Shown in pieces: positions 9,613 to 17,154 of a DNA stretch of 34,377 nucleotides; position 1 is the stretch's first letter; every line of letters begins with the position of its first letter. Origin of the DNA: Hormoscilla sp. Lineage in GTDB: Bacteria; Cyanobacteriota; Cyanobacteriia; Cyanobacteriales; Desertifilaceae. Under the pieces are notes generated by a model. It had not been told where the DNA came from, did no database searches, and saw nothing but the letters and a program-made list of their open reading frames with translations. Location: the NCBI GenBank assembly GCA_051439505.1, contig JBFRWI010000062.1:1-34377 (forward strand), read 5' to 3'. The position numbers and the translations under genes were made by a program.

Positions 9613-11811
9613 TCAAAACCGTTTGCCTTTGCGCAAGGTTAATGCACCCAAGGCACCAACAGCCAATAAGCCTAACAGGGAACTGGGTTCGGGAACCTTA
9701 ACATTATCGAACTCTGATTCATCAAAGGGTCGCATCCGGAAACTACCTATCTCCTCATTAAATTCAAGCTGGAGCGCAAAGTCAGTTATGTCGTTTCCAG
9801 ACAGCGGATCGATATCGGTGATGAGAAAGTTGGAGATGCCTTCACCCAATAATGAAACAAAATCAACACTCTGACCAGCACCAAATACGCCGATTTCTTC
9901 GCCTCCTACTGATACAGTGAACAAGCCATCACTGTCGATGCCGGTCGGGAAGTCGAGAATGTCGGTAAACAGGGTATCTCCTAATGCCTCGAATTCAAAG
10001 CCGTAATTCGTGGGCGGATCGAACCAACCACCACTAACCACTGATAGAAAATATTTAAAGTTATCGAAAACTTTGTCTGGTTGCCTTGCACCGTCTTGAT
10101 TTTGTGCTTGGGTTGTCTCCAACAGATTTCGGGTGAAGTTGACAACTTTACTGGCTTCACCGCGTTTCAGTTCGTCGTCAGGTAAAAAATTCCCGTTATT
10201 GCCATTAAAGATATCGTTGTCGTAGGCTGTCATGATCAAATCTTGGAAGCCTTCTCCCAGGTGCCCAATGTCTGGGAAGAGTGCCTTGTCATAGGTCCTG
10301 GTCAGTTGTAGTGATTCGTCTACTAAGTTGTTGAAGCCCTTGACCAGAAATACCGTGGCTTCCGCCCGCTTTACGGGATCTTCCGGTAAATACAAGCCGT
10401 CGTTACCGCGAATGATTTCGTTGCATTTGAGGGTGGTGATTTCATTATAAAAGGGACTGCCGAAGGGCACGTCGGGGAAAGCACCGCAACTGGTGTTGGT
10501 TTCGTATCCAAAGGCATTGGTGATGAACTTGGCGAATTCTCCCCTCTTCACGGGGTCTTCTGGTCGAAAGTATCCGTTATCGCCAGAAACGACGTTATTC
10601 GATACCAGGTTGTAAATGTCGTCTGCGAAGAGATAATCGCGAGGGACATCGGGGAACAGAAGCACTCCCTCAATGACAGCCCATTCTACATCCTCGACGG
10701 TGGCATCGTTGGCTGCCAAAGACGACACGAAACTTTCTATTTCTTCAGGGGAGGCATCGCGATCGGCTTTTTCCTGATAAATCCGGTTAATATTGTCCTT
10801 CGATTCAGGACTGTTCGCAACATCCTCACGCACCTGTGCGAGAGAATTACCATTAGCCAGGAAATTTGTATAGCTTTCTAAGCCATTTTCTGGCTTGCCA
10901 TGGTCTACTTCACGACCCAGAACTTCTAGGTAAATCTCGTTGATTTTTCCCTTGACTTCTCCCTTGTGATTGTTGAGGATATCCTGGCGGATATTTTCAA
11001 GTGTCCTGTTTTTGCTCTCCAAATCGTCCACGTAGCTAGCTATTTCCTCTTCAGAATCGGCAGGGCGATCGAGAACATCTTGGTAAATCTGTTCGACATC
11101 TTCTTCTGCCTGTTCACGGCTAAATCCTGTGTTGCCAGAAGTATAGTATTGATCAAATCTAGGATATCCACCCTCAACATCTGCAAAAGTGCGAAATAAA
11201 CTGGTCGCATTACGGATTAAACCACCAGCATTATCTTCGCCTGTCGGAACTTCTTGAACAGTAAAATGCAAATGAGCACCAGTTGAATAACCAGTATTTC
11301 CACTGGTGCCTATTGGTTGACCCGAAAGTACAGGATCTCCTTTTTTAACCAGCAAACTATCATTGGCTAAATGAAGATAAAGTGTAGATTCACTGGTGCC
11401 ATCTTCATTATCATGCTTAATGACGACATAATTTGCTGAGCGATCGCAAGCTGCACTGTAGTTTGGCGGCGTGCAATTATAACCACCTGTTCCTTTAGTT
11501 TCAAGAACAATTCCATCTCTTGCTGCTACAACTTCAAAAGTACCACCAAAGTCGTATGCATAGGTACTCAAGTATCCATAATTCCCATACTTAGAATCTT
11601 TACCGTGATGACTGTTATTGTCGCCATTGATTCCAGCAGTCACATAATGTGTTTCGCCAGCAGCATAAGGAAGTCTGTACAGTGACACTGCCAAAACAGA
11701 TTTTAATGGCATTAAAGTGAATGCCACTGTACAACCTCCTAGCACAGCAGTTGCAGTTACACTGCTAGCAACTTTCCGCATCCATTGGTCGAAATTATTG
11801 GTAGATGACAT
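9613..11811 (-). CDS. Exported M23 peptidase - DUF4214-like repeats - 3x SLH - PEP-CTERM protein
   Basis: AGGAGG RBS before ATG 11811; signal peptide; M23 motifs YLHL and GNTGYSTGAHLHF; three IYxxxLxRxxD-like repeats; three FPD(V/I)...P.D..KR.E SLH repeats; VPEPSSLLGLLAVGALGALTLRKGKRF tail. Confidence 0.88.
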   Translation of the reverse strand: MSSTNNFDQWMRKVASSVTATAVLGGCTVAFTLMPLKSVLAVSLYRLPYAAGETHYVTAGINGDNNSHHGKDSKYGNYGYLSTYAYDFGGTFEVVAARDGIVLETKGTGGYNCTPPNYSAACDRSANYVVIKHDNEDGTSESTLYLHLANDSLLVKKGDPVLSGQPIGTSGNTGYSTGAHLHFTVQEVPTGEDNAGGLIRNATSLFRTFADVEGGYPRFDQYYTSGNTGFSREQAEEDVEQIYQDVLDRPADSEEEIASYVDDLESKNRTLENIRQDILNNHKGEVKGKINEIYLEVLGREVDHGKPENGLESYTNFLANGNSLAQVREDVANSPESKDNINRIYQEKADRDASPEEIESFVSSLAANDATVEDVEWAVIEGVLLFPDVPRDYLFADDIYNLVSNNVVSGDNGYFRPEDPVKRGEFAKFITNAFGYETNTSCGAFPDVPFGSPFYNEITTLKCNEIIRGNDGLYLPEDPVKRAEATVFLVKGFNNLVDESLQLTRTYDKALFPDIGHLGEGFQDLIMTAYDNDIFNGNNGNFLPDDELKRGEASKVVNFTRNLLETTQAQNQDGARQPDKVFDNFKYFLSVVSGGWFDPPTNYGFEFEALGDTLFTDILDFPTGIDSDGLFTVSVGGEEIGVFGAGQSVDFVSLLGEGISNFLITDIDPLSGNDITDFALQLEFNEEIGSFRMRPFDESEFDNVKVPEPSSLLGLLAVGALGALTLRKGKRF

Positions 11812-12312
11812 ATTATGCCTCCTTTTTTTGGAATCCACAATACATTCTGTTGCGCGAATCGCACCGGCACTAGCAAAACCGATCGCGCGACCTAACTAAT
11901 ATCTCCAGCCCAACCATAAACCAGCAACAACCAGTAATCAAGTGGCAAATTGCTTGTTCATATTAAAGCTAGAGGGTGCATCTCACGTTGGTAATTTAGC
12001 CCGCGCAGGCGGTTGCCACGCTGCGCTCGCAATGACATTGCTTTGTTCATGTAGCCGGACCCTTTAGGGTTCGGGCGCCGACGCCGTGCGATCGCCCACA
12101 TTAACAGAATCAGATCGGTAACTCTCTCTTTTCCTAAAACGATCGCATTCGGACATTGCGTGTAGTAAAGGATATGGGGCGATCGCCCCTTTCCAGCAGA
12201 TGCAACCCGGCAACACCAACAGCATCGTAGCAGCGGTGCTGGTTCGATCGCGAGAGTCAGCTAGTTACTGCCTCCTATATTCTTACGATACATAATATTT
12301 AAGGGCTGGAGC

Positions 12313-12373
12313 TCTCACTTTGTCTCAGTTTTTGTCTCAGTTTTTTGTCCCAGTTGGTTCACTTGTCTCACTT
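12313..12373. promoter_or_regulatory. Direct-repeat array TGTCTCA(G/C)TT in a divergent promoter region (putative operator)
   Basis: TGTCTCAGTT at 12321 and 12333, TGTCCCAGTT at 12346, TGTCTCACTT at 12364, partial TCTCACTT at 12313. Confidence 0.5.
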
Positions 12374-12434
12374 CCATCTGCTAAAGATTTAAAGTACAAT
12401 TGCATGTGGAGAAAGTTTAGGTAAAACATTAAAG

Positions 12435-13985
12435 ATGACAAAGTCACTCGGAGCCTCTGCACAAGGGCTAAAAATTGTCGATGAAGCCAGACGCAAGAAG
12501 GGATGGAATAAAGTGGATGAAAACTGGTGGAAGCAGGCTCACACTACAAAATCAACTTTGAAGCGGTTCTGGAATGGGACGCCAATTCGACCAGACACCT
12601 TTATAGCGATTTGTGAAGTTATCGAGGTTGACTGGGAAGAAATCCTGGATGACAATCCTCCGCCTCCCCCGCATCACCGGCGTCAAGATTGGGGGGAGGC
12701 ACCGGATGTCTCGGTTTTCTTTGGTCGCACCGAGGAACTTGCCACCCTAGAACAATGGATCGCGCAGGACAGGTGCCGGCTAGTGGCCATCTCGGGCATG
12801 GGCGGAATTGGCAAAAAATATCTGGCGGCCCAACTGGCACAACAGATTCAGAATCAGTTTGAGTATTTGATCTGGCGAAGCCTCCGGAATGCACCACCGG
12901 TGGAAGATCTGCTGGCAAGTTTGCTGCAATTCCTCTATCAACAGGAGGAAACGGATCTGCCAGCTACTAAAGCCGATCGCATCTTGCGGCTGATAGAGCA
13001 TTTATGGGAACACCGGTGCCTACTAATATTGGATGATTGGGAAATGGTGCTGCGCGGCGAGGAACTGACAGGACAGTATTTACCAGGCTATGAAGGCTAT
13101 GGAGAACTGCTGAAACTGCTAGGAGAATCACGGCACAAAAGCTGCTTGCTAATCGCGACCCGCGAGAAACCCCAAGAAATTCCCTCATTGGCAGGCGTAC
13201 CGGTTCGCTACCTGGAACTGTCCGGCTTGCAGCAGGAGGCGGCGCAAAAACTGTTGCTCGCCACTGGTCTGGAGGATCTGTCCAATAATGTTTTGTCAGA
13301 ACTGATGCAGCAAAATGGAGGAAATCCCGCCGTATTAAAGATGATTGCAGACCAGATTAAAGAAGTATATGACGGCAAAGTTGTCAATTATCTTCAAGAA
13401 AGTACCCTGATCTTGGGTAACGTGCTGACTAATTTTTTGAGTCAGCAGTTTGAGCGGCTGTCAGCTTTGGAAAAGGATATTGTTTACTGGCTGGCAATTG
13501 CCGGTCAGCCCCTTTCTCTCTCCCAATTAAGAGACGATCTTGGGGTTGGGGCGGAACTTGTCGAGGCTTTGTTGTCGCTGAAGGGGCGATCGCTTGTTAA
13601 AAAAACTCCCGATGGCTCGGAATGCGGATTTCAGCTAGAACCTGTAGTCCGGAAATATGCCATTCGGAAGTTGAGAGAAAAATTTACTGAATCCCTCTTT
13701 GCTTTCGCACGCAGTCGGGAAATAGCAAAGTTGGGAATTTTAAAAAGTCACGCATTAGTTACAGCAGGGTCAGACCCCGATCGGGTGAAAACCAACCTCC
13801 GCCTTCTGGTGCAGCCAATTAAAGATAAACTGAGCCAAGAATTGAGCGGCGATCGCAGCCTGGAAGCGCAACTAGAGGGAATGAGGGTAAGATTAGAAGG
13901 GCGATCGGCCCAAGAAGTGGGATATGCAACAAGGAATGTTACGATCTTATTGGGTAGAACCTCAGAATGGATGCAGGAGCCATGA
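12435..13985 (+). CDS. N-terminal HTH-like domain plus NB-ARC (STAND) ATPase, with no WD40/TPR sensor
   Basis: QDWGEAPDVSVFFGRTEEL, Walker A GMGGIGKK, WRSLRNAPP, Walker B LLILDDWE, GGNPAVL (GxP motif), QQFERLSALEK winged helix. Confidence 0.9.
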   Translation: MTKSLGASAQGLKIVDEARRKKGWNKVDENWWKQAHTTKSTLKRFWNGTPIRPDTFIAICEVIEVDWEEILDDNPPPPPHHRRQDWGEAPDVSVFFGRTEELATLEQWIAQDRCRLVAISGMGGIGKKYLAAQLAQQIQNQFEYLIWRSLRNAPPVEDLLASLLQFLYQQEETDLPATKADRILRLIEHLWEHRCLLILDDWEMVLRGEELTGQYLPGYEGYGELLKLLGESRHKSCLLIATREKPQEIPSLAGVPVRYLELSGLQQEAAQKLLLATGLEDLSNNVLSELMQQNGGNPAVLKMIADQIKEVYDGKVVNYLQESTLILGNVLTNFLSQQFERLSALEKDIVYWLAIAGQPLSLSQLRDDLGVGAELVEALLSLKGRSLVKKTPDGSECGFQLEPVVRKYAIRKLREKFTESLFAFARSREIAKLGILKSHALVTAGSDPDRVKTNLRLLVQPIKDKLSQELSGDRSLEAQLEGMRVRLEGRSAQEVGYATRNVTILLGRTSEWMQEP

Positions 13986-15490
13986 TTACTGCCGAAGAGT
14001 TACTAGAAATTAGCGATTTTCGCTATCGGGGAATTAAGTCCCTGGGCGCAGGCGGCTTTGCCGAGGTGTTTGAAGTGGTCGATGAGAGCAGCGGCGATTC
14101 AAAAGCTCTCAAAGTTTTTAATTGGGAGAGGTGTGGCGATCGAGAAACTAAAAACAAGAGAATTTCTCTGTTTAAGCGAGAAGCAGAGGTATTAAAGCAA
14201 CTGAGGAATCCAGGAATTCCCAAGGGGGAGGAATACTGCGAATTTCACCCTAATTGGAGCATGAAACCTTGGCACTGTATAATAATGGAGAAAATAGAAG
14301 GGCCGACTTTGCAGGACTGGATGGGTGCCAATCAACCGATATCCCAAGCGCGGGCACTTGATTGGTTGCAGCAACTGGTAGAAGTTCTAGATTATCTCCA
14401 TCAAAACGGTTATTTTCATCGGGATATTAAGCCGGCCAACATTATGCTACAACCGGATGGAAAACTGGTGATAATTGACTTTGGCACAGTCAGAAAAATT
14501 AGCGACACTTATCTGGCAAAAATCGGCAGCGATCGCCAATTAACAAGGTCAGTTTCTTCTGGATACACGCCCTTAGAGCAATTTGATGGAAAAGCTGTCC
14601 CCCAATCGGATTTTTATGCTCTAGGTCATACTTTTGTTTATCTGCTAACAGGAAAAGAATGTTGGGAATTGCCAAAAAATGAAAGGGGTAAATTACTTTG
14701 GCGAAAGCAAGCGCCCCAGATTTCGCAGCAGCTAGCGGATTTAATCGATCGGATGAGCGCACCATTGCCAAGGGATAGACCGCGAAATACCAAAGATATT
14801 TTACAACGATTGTCAGAAATAAAAAGTAGGGCGAAGCCTGCTGCGAGAAGAATTAATTTAGCTTTAGGCTCGTTAATCCTGTTGGGGTTAATAAATTTTC
14901 CTGTAGCATCGCCACTTGCAGTTACTTTGAATAAGGCGGGAGTCAAAAATCATCGCGCTGGGAAAATGGCGATCGCCGAATTTTCCTACAGGGCGGCCAG
15001 ACTCCTAAAACCCGACTATGGGAAGCTGGAATACAATCTCGGATCCCTTTACGAGGAACAAGGAAAGCCAGATATGGCTATGTTCCATTATGAAAAGGCA
15101 ATGCAAAATGGTATTGCTGCTGCTTACAATAATCAAGCTCGCTTGCAGATTTTAGCAGGAAAATGCGACAGGGCTATTTCCCTGCTAGAGCAAGGTTTGC
15201 AACAGGCTAAACGGAACTACAACAAATATGCTTTATTCGTCAACCTAGGCAGGGCAAAACAGTGTCAGGAAGGTTATCCAGAAGCAGCAATTAACCTGCA
15301 AAAAGCACTTAAAATAGACGATCGCAATCCAGTAGCCCATTGTCTGCGCGCGCCCGTTATGGACAAATTGGGGGACAAACAAGGGGCACTTTTCCATCTC
15401 CAAAATTGCCCAAGTGACCCCAATAACCCGCCAGAATTCGAGGCTTGGTTAAAGGACCATACCCGTCAGCGCCTTTTGGAGACGAGTTGA
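13982..15490 (+). CDS. Ser/Thr protein kinase with a probable TM segment and C-terminal TPRs
   Basis: LGAGGFAEV, ALKV, HRDIKPAN, DFG, GYTPLEQ, SDFYALG; hydrophobic LALGSLILLGLINF; TPR YNLG/YNNQA/VNLG; ATGA overlap with the NB-ARC stop suggests a start at 13982. Confidence 0.93.
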   Translation: MITAEELLEISDFRYRGIKSLGAGGFAEVFEVVDESSGDSKALKVFNWERCGDRETKNKRISLFKREAEVLKQLRNPGIPKGEEYCEFHPNWSMKPWHCIIMEKIEGPTLQDWMGANQPISQARALDWLQQLVEVLDYLHQNGYFHRDIKPANIMLQPDGKLVIIDFGTVRKISDTYLAKIGSDRQLTRSVSSGYTPLEQFDGKAVPQSDFYALGHTFVYLLTGKECWELPKNERGKLLWRKQAPQISQQLADLIDRMSAPLPRDRPRNTKDILQRLSEIKSRAKPAARRINLALGSLILLGLINFPVASPLAVTLNKAGVKNHRAGKMAIAEFSYRAARLLKPDYGKLEYNLGSLYEEQGKPDMAMFHYEKAMQNGIAAAYNNQARLQILAGKCDRAISLLEQGLQQAKRNYNKYALFVNLGRAKQCQEGYPEAAINLQKALKIDDRNPVAHCLRAPVMDKLGDKQGALFHLQNCPSDPNNPPEFEAWLKDHTRQRLLETS

Positions 15491-15703
15491 TTGCACCCGA
15501 TCGCCAGCAGACAAGAAACCGGGTTTCTTCGATCAAATCAGGGGCAAAAAGCAGCCATTTACTAAGAAACCCGGTTTCTGAGCCCCACGCGAGGCCGTGA
15601 ACTTTTCTTTCGCCAACTGTTTTTGAGCAAACCCCTCGTTCCCAGGCCAATCTGGGAACGGGTGAAGCTACAGGTTACAAAGTCCGCCGGCGCGGGAGAT
15701 GGA

Positions 15704-15881
15704 TATAGCAGTTCTCATATTACTGTGATATGTCGGAGGAGATTGCTAGCCCTCCTGCGTCGGGCCGCTGCGCTAACGGGGAGGGGAACTCAAAAATTAT
15801 AAGTTACTCGCTCTTTACGGACCCCCTCGCAATGACAAGTAGGCGATTTATACCTACTACATTAATTTGAGAAACGCTATA
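15704..15881. mobile_element. MITE family A, copy 2
   Basis: TATAGCAGTTCTCA...TGAGAAACGCTATA; internal GAGATTGCTAGCCCTCCTGCGTCGGGC shared with copy 1. Confidence 0.8.
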
Positions 15882-15895
15882 AACCGGATTTAGTA

Positions 15896-16132
15896 TTACA
15901 CCTTAGGACAAACTTGCTCTTCGTCTTCCTCGCATTCTTCAGAATCCTGAGAATCCTGCGCATCCTGAGAATCCTGCGCATCCTGGGAATCCTGTGCATC
16001 CTGGGAATCCTGCGCATCCTGGGAATCCTGCGCATCCTGACTTGCAAGCAGTTCTGGGACTGGTGCTGCTACCGCCAGTGTCGCAGGGGCCATCATCATG
16101 ACTGTCAGGAGGGAAATAAAGACTCGTTTCAT
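15896..16132 (-). CDS. Small secreted acidic protein with (SQDAQD)5 repeat and a C-terminal Cys pair
   Basis: AAGGAG RBS, then the signal peptide MKRVFISLLTVMMMAPATLAVAA; 18-bp repeat at 15941-16040 that varies only at synonymous sites; ends in CEEDEEQVCPKV. Confidence 0.75.
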   Translation of the reverse strand: MKRVFISLLTVMMMAPATLAVAAPVPELLASQDAQDSQDAQDSQDAQDSQDAQDSQDAQDSQDSEECEEDEEQVCPKV

Positions 16133-16329
16133 TGCTCGTTTCTCCTTCAACATCGGTTGGTGAGTGAAAGAGGAGAATCGAGTTAGGCCTAACTGCTTTT
16201 TTTCTCCACAACTCCAGAATCCTTGATATATCTGGGTTTGGGCGTCTTAGTTTCCGATCCAGTTTTGTTACTACTTGCACTGACCCCAAAAGTGATCCAG
16301 AATTGAGTCAGCACTAAAGTTGAGGCGAT

Positions 16330-17121
16330 ATGGCAGTTTCGCTCAGAGCATCCAAACAGGGATTAGAAATCGTGGATCTAGCCAGAAGAAAGAAGGGCTG
16401 GACAAAAACCGCTGATGTTTGGTGTCACGATGCCCGAGTGGGTAAAGCTGGTTTGCGGCGATTTTGGCGGCGGATGCCAATTCTCCAAGAGAACTTTGTC
16501 AGTATTTGTCAGACTGTCGGGGTAAAGTGGGAAGAGATTTTTGATTCAACTCAGAAAAGAGAAGAAAATAGTCAATCCCAAACTAGCTCTGAAACTCTAT
16601 GGTTACTTGAGCTGAAAGCCACTATTGATGAGGTTGACAAGCCACTGATAGACTCCCTTATTGCTGAAGTCCAGCAGCGATCGCCCGACGCGATCGTGAA
16701 AACACAGAAACTTGATATAACTAGCGCCGTGCTAGTCCAAGATTGGCAATCTGTAGAATCGGTATTGCCTTCGGGAAAACGGCGTTCCCGTCATCTCGCG
16801 ATCGCGCCGCCAGAAGGGTCTGTGCGGCGGGCGAAACCAATTGATTTAGGCGCAAACAGATCGGCGGTACTGGTGGTGGAGATGACGCCTGTATCTCCAG
16901 AAGAAGTGCATGTCGAGGTAGAGGTTTATCCCGCTGGGGACGATCGTTACCTGTATCCGGGCTTGCAACTGGCGGCGATCGATGAATCGGAAGCCGTTAT
17001 ACTGGAGAATAAAGCTGGAATTGCCGCTGACTCGATGCAACTGAAAATCGAGATCGAACCTGGAGAAATGTTCAGTATCAGAGTAACTCTGGGAGATGTT
17101 ATCATTACAGAAGATTTGTAA
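16330..17121 (+). CDS. N-terminal HTH-like domain plus DUF1822-like C-terminal domain
   Basis: N-terminus 37/72 identical to the NB-ARC protein N-terminus (manual count); C-terminal RAKPIDLG...YLYPGLQL..IDE...PGEMFSIRVTLGD..ITE is DUF1822-like. Confidence 0.82.
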   Translation: MAVSLRASKQGLEIVDLARRKKGWTKTADVWCHDARVGKAGLRRFWRRMPILQENFVSICQTVGVKWEEIFDSTQKREENSQSQTSSETLWLLELKATIDEVDKPLIDSLIAEVQQRSPDAIVKTQKLDITSAVLVQDWQSVESVLPSGKRRSRHLAIAPPEGSVRRAKPIDLGANRSAVLVVEMTPVSPEEVHVEVEVYPAGDDRYLYPGLQLAAIDESEAVILENKAGIAADSMQLKIEIEPGEMFSIRVTLGDVIITEDL

Positions 17122-17154
17122 TCCCAGTCTATTAACACTTACCGAGAAGGAACA

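Noticed and set aside
15914..16289. Alternative ORFs (ILRILR on +, GCAGF on -) over the 18-bp repeat
   Set aside because: The QD frame has the RBS, a signal peptide and synonymous-only variation
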